Shown here one piece after another: positions 46,576-55,467 of a stretch of 64,000 nucleotides of DNA (within the stretch, counting starts at the first letter, position 1; each line of letters starts with the position of its first letter). Under the pieces are notes generated by a model. It saw nothing but the letters and a program-made list of their open reading frames with translations, was not told where the DNA came from and made no database searches. The DNA is from Pontiella sp. (GTDB taxonomy: Bacteria > Verrucomicrobiota > Kiritimatiellia > Kiritimatiellales > Pontiellaceae): assembly GCA_050290185.1 (NCBI GenBank), contig JBNKHE010000003.1, positions 1-64,000 on the forward strand, given 5' to 3'. The translations under genes and the position numbers were made by a program.

Positions 46576-48000
46576 ATGGCTGCAAAGAAGAAAACAGCAA
46601 AGAAAAAAGCAGATTACGTAATTACCGATCTTTCACTGGCCGGATTTGGCCGCAAGGAAATGGAATTGGCGGAATATGAAATGCCGGGCCTGATGGCGTT
46701 GCGTGAAAAGTACGGCAATGAAAAGCCGCTCAAGGGCGCGCGCATTACCGGTTCGCTGCATATGACCATCCAGACCGCGATGTTGATTGAAACCCTGCAG
46801 GAACTGGGAGCCAAGGTACGTTGGGCCAGCTGCAATATTTTTTCCACGCAGGATCATGCCGCTGCGGCGATCGCGGCGACGGGGACCCCGGTATTTGCCA
46901 AGAAGGGCGAGTCGCTGGAGGAATATTGGGAATACACCGACCGGATTCTCGACTGGGGCAACGGCAAGGGGCCGAATGTGATTCTGGACGATGGCGGCGA
47001 CGCAACCATGTTTGTGCAGCTCGGATACAAGGCCGAAACCGATTCCTCAATTCTGGACAAGAAGCCGGGCAGTCCCGAGGAAGCCATTCTGTACGCCCAG
47101 CTTAAAAAGGCGCTCAAGAAGGATCCCAACCGCTTTTCACGTATCGCCAAGGATATCCTCGGGGTCTCCGAAGAAACCACCACAGGCGTACACCGCCTCT
47201 ACCAGCTGGCCGCCAAGGGCGAGTTGCTCTTCCCGGCGTTCAACGTGAACGACTCCGTAACCAAGTCCAAGTTCGACAACCTCTACGGCTGCCGCCACTC
47301 GCTCGTCGACAGCATCATGCGCGCGACCGATGTGATGCTCTCCGGCAAGATTGCCGTCGTGGCGGGCTATGGCGATGTGGGCAAGGGCTGTGCGCAGTCG
47401 TTGAAGGGGCAGGGGGCCCGTGTTGTGATCACCGAGATTGATCCGATCTGTGCGTTGCAGGCGGCCATGGAAGGCTTCGAAGTGATGAACATGAGCGAAG
47501 CGTGTTTGATCGGCGATGTGTTTGTGACGACCACCGGATGTTGCGACGTCATCACAGAACAGCACATGAAGAAAATGAAGGACATGGCGATTGTCTGCAA
47601 TATCGGCCACTTCGATTCCGAAATCCAGGTTGAGAAGATGAAGAAATACAAATGGACCAACATCAAGCCGCAGGTAGACAAGATCACCATGCCCAAGGGG
47701 CACAGCATCATTCTGCTGGCCGAAGGTCGTCTGGTGAACCTCGGTTGCGCCACCGGCCATCCGAGTTTTGTGATGAGCAACAGCTTTACCAACCAGGTGC
47801 TGGCCCAGATGGAGCTATACTGCAATCCGGGCAAATATCCGGTCGGGGTCTACACGTTGCCGAAGCTGCTCGACGAAGAGGTAGCGCGACTGCATCTGGA
47901 AAAGATCGGCGTCAAGCTCGATCACCTCACCCGAAATCAGGCTAAATATCTGGGCATACCGAAGGATGGGCCGTTCAAGCCGGACCATTATCGCTACTAG
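46576..48000 (+). CDS. ahcY: Adenosylhomocysteinase
   Basis: [61 protein letters not shown]. Confidence 0.99.
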   Translation: MAAKKKTAKKKADYVITDLSLAGFGRKEMELAEYEMPGLMALREKYGNEKPLKGARITGSLHMTIQTAMLIETLQELGAKVRWASCNIFSTQDHAAAAIAATGTPVFAKKGESLEEYWEYTDRILDWGNGKGPNVILDDGGDATMFVQLGYKAETDSSILDKKPGSPEEAILYAQLKKALKKDPNRFSRIAKDILGVSEETTTGVHRLYQLAAKGELLFPAFNVNDSVTKSKFDNLYGCRHSLVDSIMRATDVMLSGKIAVVAGYGDVGKGCAQSLKGQGARVVITEIDPICALQAAMEGFEVMNMSEACLIGDVFVTTTGCCDVITEQHMKKMKDMAIVCNIGHFDSEIQVEKMKKYKWTNIKPQVDKITMPKGHSIILLAEGRLVNLGCATGHPSFVMSNSFTNQVLAQMELYCNPGKYPVGVYTLPKLLDEEVARLHLEKIGVKLDHLTRNQAKYLGIPKDGPFKPDHYRY

Positions 48001-48056
48001 TGTTTGAATCGGCTGCTTAGGGGCGGCCGGTACCGGATCCCGATGGGATCGCCTGG

Positions 48057-48092
48057 GGAAGGGCTGTTGCCAAGCAGCCCTTCCTTTTTTTT
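48057..48092 (+). terminator. Rho-independent terminator
   Basis: GGAAGGGCTG-TTGCCAAG-CAGCCCTTCC-TTTTTTTT. Confidence 0.9.
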
Positions 48093-48134
48093 GCTAGGCA
48101 AGAAACCCTGCTAAAGGGTTGTATTGGTCCGGTT

Positions 48135-48154
48135 TGTTCAGTATATTTTGAACA
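48135..48154. promoter_or_regulatory. Palindromic operator candidate
   Basis: TGTTCA-GTATATTT-TGAACA immediately before the regulator ATG. Confidence 0.55.
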
Positions 48155-48156
48155 TC

Positions 48157-48654
48157 ATGGAGAGTGCACCGGATAGAACAGGCTCGTTGAGCGAGCTGGA
48201 ACGCGAAGTTATTGCTTTGTTTGTGCGCATGGCCGATGTGCTGAACCTGCCGCGCTCCGTCGGGGAAATCTATGGTATTCTGTTCATTTCCATGAAACCG
48301 CTTTGTCTCGACGATTGCCGGTTGCGCCTGAATATCAGTAAAGGTTCCACCAGCCAGGGATTAAAGATTCTCAGGTCATTCGGGGCGATTCGCATTGTTT
48401 ACGTGCCGGGTGACCGCAAAGACTACTATGTTGCGGAAACCTCCTTGCGCAAAATTGCTTCGGGGTTTGCCAGCGAGCAAATCCAGCCGCATGTCGCCAG
48501 CGGGAAAGATCGGATAGAGCGCATTCGGGATCTGCTGGCGGAATATGAGGGCGACCATCGGGATGAGTTGCTGGACAAAATCGATTTGCTGGAGAATTGG
48601 CAAAAACGCGCGGGCAAGGCGCTTCCCTTGATCTTGAAGTTGATTGGAACCTGA
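48157..48654 (+). CDS. GbsR/MarR family transcriptional regulator
   Basis: LPRSVGEIYGILFIS..PL.LDD....LNISKGSTSQGLK.L...GDRKDYYVAE. Confidence 0.88.
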   Translation: MESAPDRTGSLSELEREVIALFVRMADVLNLPRSVGEIYGILFISMKPLCLDDCRLRLNISKGSTSQGLKILRSFGAIRIVYVPGDRKDYYVAETSLRKIASGFASEQIQPHVASGKDRIERIRDLLAEYEGDHRDELLDKIDLLENWQKRAGKALPLILKLIGT

Positions 48655-48657
48655 AAC

Positions 48658-49209
48658 GTGGTATCGCAGCGACAATTTGAATCGGGCGAGCATTGGTATT
48701 GTGTGCGGACCAAACCCAAAAAGGAGCGTGTGGCGGCCGCAAATGTAGCCTCCATGCTAGGGCTGGAGGTGTTCTGTCCCCAGATCCGTTTCCGCCGTAA
48801 AACGGTGCGCGGGCCGGTTTGGTTCCAGGAGGCTATGTTTCCCGGATACCTTTTTGTCCGCTTCGACATGTTTGAGATGATGCGCGCCGTTTCCCATGCT
48901 CCGGGTGTGATGAATATCCCGGTGTTCAATAATAGGTACGTATCCATTCCCAAAACGGTTATTGAGTCGCTCCGGAAGGATTTGGATGAAAACGGTTCGG
49001 TGGATGCCAGCCTGCCCCTTGAGGTTGGAGAGGAAACCACCGTTTTGGAAGGCTCGATGCGCGGGTTGAAGGTCAAGGTCATCAAGGTGATGCCGGCCGA
49101 GGGGCGGGTGGCCGTGCTGCTGGAAATGCTCGGCACGCTGGTCGAAGCGGAGTTTCCAATGGCTGTGCTGGAGCAACGCAACCGGCATCGCGCAGAGGCC
49201 GAAGACTGA
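48658..49209 (+). CDS. NusG paralog antiterminator (RfaH/UpxY-like)
   Basis: WYCVRTKPKKE, MFPGYLFVRF, KOW-like VGEETTVLEGSMRGL...RVAVLLEMLG. Confidence 0.9.
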   Translation: MVSQRQFESGEHWYCVRTKPKKERVAAANVASMLGLEVFCPQIRFRRKTVRGPVWFQEAMFPGYLFVRFDMFEMMRAVSHAPGVMNIPVFNNRYVSIPKTVIESLRKDLDENGSVDASLPLEVGEETTVLEGSMRGLKVKVIKVMPAEGRVAVLLEMLGTLVEAEFPMAVLEQRNRHRAEAED

Positions 49210-49267
49210 TTTTCGCAATGCATTAATATCCATGATTGGGTATTTCGACAGTTTAGCAAAGAACGTA

Positions 49268-49308
49268 TGGTTTCCGCCAAAGGCAGAATAACCAAGGGCG
49301 GCAGCCTG
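49268..49308 (+). promoter_or_regulatory. JUMPstart/ops-like leader element
   Basis: Hairpin TGGTT...GCC-AAA-GGC...AACCA followed by GGCGGCAGCCTG (49297-49308); the E. coli ops is GGCGGTAGnnTG. Confidence 0.55.
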
Positions 49309-49327
49309 TAAAAACGAGGTAGAAACG

Positions 49328-51166
49328 ATGTGTGGTATTGTTGGATATTTTGGAAAACGCAAGGCGGCAGACATTCTGGTGGACGGCCTGCGGCGGATGG
49401 AATACCGCGGCTACGATTCGGCCGGAATCGCCTGTCTTTATGATCATCAGATCGGGGTGGTCAAGAATCCGGGAAAGATTCGTGCGCTGCGCGAAAAAGT
49501 GGATGCCTCGACACTCGTTTCATTACAGGCGTCGACCCTTGGGATCGGGCATACACGTTGGGCAACACACGGGCCGCCAACTGAAGTCAATGCCCATCCG
49601 CATCTCGATGCTTCCGGCCATTTTGCCATGGTGCACAACGGGATCATCGAAAATTACAAGTCCATCCGCAACGGTCTGGCTCAGCATGGAGTTGAATGTG
49701 TTTCCGACACAGACTCCGAGGTCCTGATCCAGTTGATCGCCTACTGCTACAAGGGGAATCTCGAAGAGGCTGTGAGCGAAGCGCTGAAGAAGGTCAAGGG
49801 AACCTACGGTATCGTGGTCATGACCGATAAAGAACCGGGCAAGCTGATTGCCGCGCGTTGCGGAAGCCCGATCGTGCTGGGGCTTGGCAAGGATGAAACC
49901 ATCATCGCCAGTGACGCGGCAGCGATCATTCCCCATACCCGCGATGCGGTCTACCTTGAAGATTTCGACATGGCGGTGATTACCGAATCCGGCATGCAGA
50001 TGTTCGATCTGCAGCGGGCACCGGTGAATCGCGAAATCACGGCGATGGACTGGGATGCCGGTGCGGCCGAAAAAGGCGAATTTGCCCATTTTATGCTCAA
50101 GGAAATGTTCGAACAGCCCGATGCCATCCGCAATGCCATCCGCGGACGGCTTGATTTTGAAATGGGTACGGCGGTGTTGTCCGGCCTTGACTTTTCTCCG
50201 CGCGACGCGGCCATGATCAACCGGGTGCTGGTGGTCGGATGCGGCACGTCCATGCATGCCGGGATGGTCGGCGAATATGCCATTGAGGAGATGGCGGGCA
50301 TTTTGGCCGAGGTGGAACAGGCGGCGGAATTCCGTTATCGAAATCCAATCATCACGCCATCCGATCTGGTGGTGGCGATCAGCCAGTCGGGGGAAACCGC
50401 CGATACGCTGGCGGCCGTGCGCGAGGCCAAGAACAAGGGGGCCGTGGTAGCCGGTATCTGCAATGTGGTCGGATCGACGATTGCGCGCGAAACCGGTCGC
50501 GGGGTTTATCTGCATGCCGGGCCGGAAATCGGCGTGGCCTCCACCAAGGCCTTCACCTGCCAGGTCTCGGTCATGTTGATGATGGCGCTCAAGCTTGCCC
50601 GGACCCGTCGCATGCCGCGAAACGAAGGCGAGGAAATGTGCCGCTGGATTGAACGCCTGCCGGAACTCGTGGAAAAGGTGCTGGAACAGAACGAAGCGAT
50701 CAAAGCCGTTGCGCAGAAATATGCCGGGTGCGAAAACGCCTTCTTCATTGGCCGCGGCTATCTCTATCCGGTGGCGTTGGAAGGGGCGCTGAAGCTCAAG
50801 GAAATCAGTTATGTGCATGCCGAGGGCTATCATGCCGCTGAACTCAAGCACGGTCCTATCGCGCTGTTGCAGGAAAATACGCCGATCGTGGCGTTGCTCA
50901 ACAATGTGCCCGGCAAGGACAAATCCCTGGGGAATGCCGAGGAGTGCAAGGCGCGCAAGGCTCCGGTGATTGCCGTGGTAAGCGAAGGGGATGAAGACGT
51001 CGCCGAAGGCTTTAACGATGTGATCGTGGTGCCCGATTGTCCTCCGTGCATTGCGGCGGTTCCGACTGCGGTTGCCCTGCAGTTGCTTGCCTATCACATT
51101 GCCGCTGCCCGCGGTTGTGAAATCGATCAACCCCGAAATCTCGCCAAGTCGGTTACCGTCGAGTAG
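49328..51166 (+). CDS. glmS: Glutamine-fructose-6-phosphate aminotransferase
   Basis: MCGIVG, EYRGYDSAG, GHTRWATHG, SQSGETADT, PRNLAKSVTVE. Confidence 0.99.
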   Translation: MCGIVGYFGKRKAADILVDGLRRMEYRGYDSAGIACLYDHQIGVVKNPGKIRALREKVDASTLVSLQASTLGIGHTRWATHGPPTEVNAHPHLDASGHFAMVHNGIIENYKSIRNGLAQHGVECVSDTDSEVLIQLIAYCYKGNLEEAVSEALKKVKGTYGIVVMTDKEPGKLIAARCGSPIVLGLGKDETIIASDAAAIIPHTRDAVYLEDFDMAVITESGMQMFDLQRAPVNREITAMDWDAGAAEKGEFAHFMLKEMFEQPDAIRNAIRGRLDFEMGTAVLSGLDFSPRDAAMINRVLVVGCGTSMHAGMVGEYAIEEMAGILAEVEQAAEFRYRNPIITPSDLVVAISQSGETADTLAAVREAKNKGAVVAGICNVVGSTIARETGRGVYLHAGPEIGVASTKAFTCQVSVMLMMALKLARTRRMPRNEGEEMCRWIERLPELVEKVLEQNEAIKAVAQKYAGCENAFFIGRGYLYPVALEGALKLKEISYVHAEGYHAAELKHGPIALLQENTPIVALLNNVPGKDKSLGNAEECKARKAPVIAVVSEGDEDVAEGFNDVIVVPDCPPCIAAVPTAVALQLLAYHIAAARGCEIDQPRNLAKSVTVE

Positions 51167-51207
51167 TTCCGTTGCGTGACGGGAAGACATTTTTTGCGGG
51201 TTAAAAT

Positions 51208-52992
51208 ATGGGGTTTGCTGAACTAGGGTGGGATGCCTGGCTGACGATCGGTGTCGTCATCGCGTTGCTGGCCTTGCTGGTGTTTACCCGGCTATCGGCC
51301 GACTTTGTTTTTGTGGGCGCTTTGACCGTCCTGCTGGTCAGCGGAGTGCTGGATGTAAGCGGCGCATTGTCCGGATTCAGTGCACCGGGCATGATTACGG
51401 TCGGCGTTCTTTATGTGGTGGTGGCCGGATTGCAGGAGACCGGTGGACTGGCATGGATTTCGCATCATGTGCTGGGTTTCCCGAAAGGGGCGCGTCGAGC
51501 CCAGTTGCGGATGCTTATGCCGGTGATTCCGCTGAGTGCATTTCTGAACAATACGCCGGTGGTGGCCATGTTCATTCCCGTAGTTTCCGAATGGTGCCGC
51601 CGCCTGCGGATCTCGCCGTCGCGAATGCTGATCCCGTTGAGTTATGCCTCCATCTTCGGCGGAACGTGCACCCTGATCGGCACCAGTACGAATCTGGTCG
51701 TCAACACGATGTACCAGACCCGCTATCACAATGACGGGTTGGGCATGTTTGAAATCACGAAGCTCGGCCTGCCGTGTGCGATCGTCGGGGTGGTGTATCT
51801 GATTCTCTTCAGCCATCGCCTGCTGCCCGGACGCAAGACGATGGAAGAGGTTTTTGAGAATCCCCGTGAATACACGCTGGAACTGGAAGTCTCTCCCAGA
51901 AGTCAGATGGCGGGAAGCTCGATCGAAAAGTCCGGTCTGCGCAATCTGCCGGGGGCGTATCTGGCCGAACTGATTCGCGACGGTCAGATTGTTTCCGCGG
52001 TTTCCCCGTCGGAGATTCTGGAGGAAGGGGATCGGCTGGTGTTCGTCGGCAACATCGATTCCATGCGATCGCTGTACAGCCAGCAGGGACTGCAGCCTGC
52101 GCCGGAGCAGCTCTTCAAACTCGATACGCCCCGGCATCAGCGCTGCCTGGTGGAAGCGGTGGTATCCCACACGTGCCCCTTGGTCGGGAAGACGATCCGC
52201 GAAGGCCGCTTTCGCAACGTCTACAATGCCGTGGTCATCGCCGTGGCGCGCAACGGAGAACGCCTGCATGGCAAACTCGGGGATGTACGAATCCGGGCCG
52301 GCGATCTGCTGCTGATCGAATCCCATGCCGGTTTCATCCCGCGGCAAAAGGATTCGCACGATTTCTATTTGGTCAGCGGCGTTGAAAATTCGACGCCGCG
52401 ACGCTTTGAAAAGGCACCGTGGGCCTTTGCGATTCTCGGGGGGATGGTGCTCACGGCGGCCATGGGCTGGCTGGGTATGCTGGAGGCCGCACTGCTTGCC
52501 GCCGGGGCGATGCTGATGTTGCGATGCTGTACCATGACTCAGGCCCGGCGCAGCATAGAATGGAATGTTCTGATCGTTATCGCCGCCGCCTTGGGATTGG
52601 GTGTTGCCCTGCAGCAAACCGGAGCGGCCTCCGCGATTGCGGGATTGATGCTTGGGATCGTGAAGGATCAGCCCCATCTGGCACTGGTCATGGTTTATCT
52701 CGCAACGACGTTTTTTACCGAGATCATTACGAACAACGCCGCCGCTGCGATCGTCTTTCCAATTGCCATGAGTTCGGCGGAACGGCTTGGGGTGAGTCCC
52801 TTGCCGTTTGTTACCTGCATTATGGTAGCCGCGTCGGCCAGCTTTGCCACGCCAATCGGATACCAGACCAATCTAATGGTGTATGGCCCTGGCGGATATC
52901 GTTTCAGCGATTATCTGCGTATCGGTATACCCCTCAATATTCTGTTCGGTGTGATTGCCATTCTACTCGCACCATTAATCTGGCCGTTCTGA
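51208..52992 (+). CDS. SLC13-family permease with TrkA-C domains (probable sulfate transporter)
   Basis: SAFLNNTPVVA, GGTCTLIGTSTNL, TEIITNNAAA, FATPIGYQTNLMVYGPGGYRF; upstream of cysQ-cysD-cysNC. Confidence 0.88.
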   Translation: MGFAELGWDAWLTIGVVIALLALLVFTRLSADFVFVGALTVLLVSGVLDVSGALSGFSAPGMITVGVLYVVVAGLQETGGLAWISHHVLGFPKGARRAQLRMLMPVIPLSAFLNNTPVVAMFIPVVSEWCRRLRISPSRMLIPLSYASIFGGTCTLIGTSTNLVVNTMYQTRYHNDGLGMFEITKLGLPCAIVGVVYLILFSHRLLPGRKTMEEVFENPREYTLELEVSPRSQMAGSSIEKSGLRNLPGAYLAELIRDGQIVSAVSPSEILEEGDRLVFVGNIDSMRSLYSQQGLQPAPEQLFKLDTPRHQRCLVEAVVSHTCPLVGKTIREGRFRNVYNAVVIAVARNGERLHGKLGDVRIRAGDLLLIESHAGFIPRQKDSHDFYLVSGVENSTPRRFEKAPWAFAILGGMVLTAAMGWLGMLEAALLAAGAMLMLRCCTMTQARRSIEWNVLIVIAAALGLGVALQQTGAASAIAGLMLGIVKDQPHLALVMVYLATTFFTEIITNNAAAAIVFPIAMSSAERLGVSPLPFVTCIMVAASASFATPIGYQTNLMVYGPGGYRFSDYLRIGIPLNILFGVIAILLAPLIWPF

Positions 52993-53026
52993 TGGAACGG
53001 CTCACTTGGGAAAGGACATATAGACC

Positions 53027-53896
53027 ATGATTAGACTCGCCATTCAAGCCGCGCTGGACGCGGGGGAAGCCATTCTTGATATCTATGAACAGGATTTCGA
53101 AGTGGAATTCAAAGCCGATGAATCACCGCTGACGACAGCCGACAAGGCCGCGCACAACATCATCGTTCAGGTGCTGGAAAAGACACCGCATCCGGTGCTC
53201 TCCGAGGAAAGTGCGAAAGTCGCATACGGTGAACGTAAGGATTGGGGAACATACTGGCTGGTTGATCCGCTTGACGGAACCAAGGAGTTCATCAAGAAAA
53301 ACGGCGAATTCACGGTCAATATCGCCTTGATTGAAAATGGGCAACCGGTTGCCGGGGTGGTGTATGTGCCGGTAAGCCACACCCTCTACGTGGGTTCTGC
53401 GCAGAGCGCATGGGGTATGGAGCAGGGTGCCTGGAAGGCGGAGGAATGCGCTGGAAAATCCGTTGAAGAAATTTTGGCATCGGCCGGAAAATGCTCTGTG
53501 TCCGGTGCGCCCGGCACACCGCTTAAGATTGTGGCGTCGAAATCGCACTGCAACGATGAAACCCGGCAGTTTATTGCCGACTTGGAAGCCATGCATGGGA
53601 AGGCGGAACTGGTTTCAAAGGGCAGCTCCTTGAAGCTGTGCATGGTCGCCGAGGGCGTGGCCGACATCTATCCACGCATCGCGCCAACCATGGAGTGGGA
53701 TACCGCTGCGGCCCATGCGGTTGTGGTTGCGGCAGGAGGGGCGGTTTATCAATACGATAAAAACCTTGCGGTTTCGGCCTATAATGGTTGTGGCGAAAAT
53801 GACGATCCCGCCACGCGCCAGGCGCCAAGCCCATTGAGCTACAACAAGGAAAACCTACTAAACCCTTACTTTGTGGTAAGTGGATTGCATGAATAA
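53027..53896 (+). CDS. cysQ: 3'(2'),5'-bisphosphate nucleotidase
   Basis: KADESPLTTAD, LSEES, WLVDPLDGTKEF, GSSLKLC, EWDTAAAHA. Confidence 0.96.
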   Translation: MIRLAIQAALDAGEAILDIYEQDFEVEFKADESPLTTADKAAHNIIVQVLEKTPHPVLSEESAKVAYGERKDWGTYWLVDPLDGTKEFIKKNGEFTVNIALIENGQPVAGVVYVPVSHTLYVGSAQSAWGMEQGAWKAEECAGKSVEEILASAGKCSVSGAPGTPLKIVASKSHCNDETRQFIADLEAMHGKAELVSKGSSLKLCMVAEGVADIYPRIAPTMEWDTAAAHAVVVAAGGAVYQYDKNLAVSAYNGCGENDDPATRQAPSPLSYNKENLLNPYFVVSGLHE

Positions 53897-53980
53897 ATGG
53901 TGTATATATTATAGACAATATAGCTGAGACGTTATAGGAATACTAACCTTTATCGAAATACGACGAATTCGGAGGGAAAT

Positions 53981-54883
53981 ATGAATAGTTACAATTTATC
54001 ACATTTGAAGCAGTTGGAGGCGGAAAGCATCCACATTATCCGGGAGGTGGCGGCCGAATTCGATAATCCGGTCATGCTCTATTCCATTGGCAAAGACTCT
54101 TCGGTAATGCTGCATCTGGCCCATAAGGCTTTTGCGCCCGGTAAGATTCCGTTTCCGCTGATGCACGTCGATACCCAGTGGAAGTTTCAGGAAATGTACA
54201 AGTTCCGTACGTTGATGGCTGAAAAGTACGAGGTGGATATCAAGGTCTGGATCAACCCGGAGGGCAAGGATCAGGTCGGTCCGTTTTCCCATGGATCTGA
54301 GAAGCACACCCAGATCATGAAGACCGATGCACTCAAGCAGGCGTTGGATCACTATAAGTTCGATGCCGCCTTCGGTGGTGCTCGCCGCGATGAGGAAAAG
54401 AGTCGCGCCAAGGAGCGCGTCTACAGCTTCCGCAACGAATATCATCAGTGGGATCCGAAAAACCAGCGCCCCGAGCTTTGGAACCTCTACAACGCCAAAA
54501 TAAACAAGGGCGAATCCATCCGCGTCTTTCCGCTCTCGAACTGGACCGAGCTCGACATCTGGCTCTATCTGCTGCGCGAAGATATTCCGATCGTTCCGCT
54601 GTACTATGCAGCCGAACGCCCGGTGGTGGAGCGCGATGGCGTGTTGATCATGCTCGACGACGACCGCATGCAGCTCAAGGAGGGGGAAACTCCCATGCAG
54701 AAAAAGGTGCGCTTCCGCACCTTGGGATGCTATCCGCTGACCGGCGCCGTCGAATCCAATGCCGAAACCGTCGAGGAAATCGTGCAGGAAATGTTGCTTA
54801 CCACCACCTCTGAACGCCAGGGCCGCGTGATCGATGGCGACAACTCCTCGATGGAAGATAAGAAGAAGGATGGCTACTTTTAG
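53981..54883 (+). CDS. cysD: Sulfate adenylyltransferase subunit 2
   Basis: [43 protein letters not shown]. Confidence 0.99.
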   Translation: MNSYNLSHLKQLEAESIHIIREVAAEFDNPVMLYSIGKDSSVMLHLAHKAFAPGKIPFPLMHVDTQWKFQEMYKFRTLMAEKYEVDIKVWINPEGKDQVGPFSHGSEKHTQIMKTDALKQALDHYKFDAAFGGARRDEEKSRAKERVYSFRNEYHQWDPKNQRPELWNLYNAKINKGESIRVFPLSNWTELDIWLYLLREDIPIVPLYYAAERPVVERDGVLIMLDDDRMQLKEGETPMQKKVRFRTLGCYPLTGAVESNAETVEEIVQEMLLTTTSERQGRVIDGDNSSMEDKKKDGYF

Positions 54884-54903
54884 CCGCCGGCTAAAAAGTA
54901 GCC

Positions 54904-54940
54904 GCGTTGAAGCGTTTAAACCGTTAAAGGTTGAAGTCGT
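54904..54940. repeat. Upstream 8-9-nt periodic repeats (CGTTNAA-type)
   Basis: GCGTTGAA-GCGTTTAAA-CCGTTAAA-GGTTGAA-GTCGT; inverse of the 55371-55460 units. Confidence 0.75.
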
Positions 54941-54949
54941 GGGTTTGTC

Positions 54950-55375
54950 ATGAAAGTGGAGCGGTTTGAGGAATTGGATGCATGGAAGGTAGCGCGTGAA
55001 TTGTCCAACTTGGTTTATGCGCTTGGTGGGGACTCCGGAATTTCAAGAGACTATGGGTTCAAGGACCAGATTCAACGGGCAGCGGTTTCTGTAATGAACA
55101 ATATTTCCGAGGGATTTGAGCGCGGGAGTAACAAAGATTATGCAAAGTTTTTATTTATTGCCCGAGGTTCTGTCGGAGAGGTTCGAAGCATGCTTTACCT
55201 TGCTCTGGACCAGAAATATATAACCCATGAGCAATTCAATGAGGCTTATAATCTGTGTGTTCGGGAGTCGCAGCTTTGCTGGGGCTTGATCAAGCACCTG
55301 CAGAAAACGAGTAATTGGAAGACGGGGGCGCAAGTAGTACTCATGATGCTGGTTCCTCTCCTCATGCGGGTTTAA
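54950..55375 (+). CDS. Four-helix-bundle protein (23S rRNA IVP / bAvd-like family)
   Basis: FEELDAWK.A...DQIQRAAVSVMNNISEGFER...FLFIARGSVGEVRSML. Confidence 0.93.
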   Translation: MKVERFEELDAWKVARELSNLVYALGGDSGISRDYGFKDQIQRAAVSVMNNISEGFERGSNKDYAKFLFIARGSVGEVRSMLYLALDQKYITHEQFNEAYNLCVRESQLCWGLIKHLQKTSNWKTGAQVVLMMLVPLLMRV

Positions 55376-55460
55376 CGCATTCAACGATTTCAACGACTTT
55401 AACGAGCAACGCGATTTAACGGTTTTAACGAGCAAAGCGATTTAACGATTTAAACGGAGC
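55371..55460. repeat. Downstream 9-nt periodic repeats (TTYAACGNN)
   Basis: TTTAACGCA TTCAACGAT TTCAACGAC TTTAACGAG ... TTTAACGGT TTTAACGAG ... TTTAACGAT TTAAACGGA. Confidence 0.85.
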
Positions 55461-55467
55461 GAATAGA

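Noticed and set aside
49523..52677. Long antisense ORFs (555 aa, 461 aa) and similar ones opposite other genes
   Set aside because: They mirror well-conserved sense genes in GC-rich DNA and have no motifs; shadow ORFs
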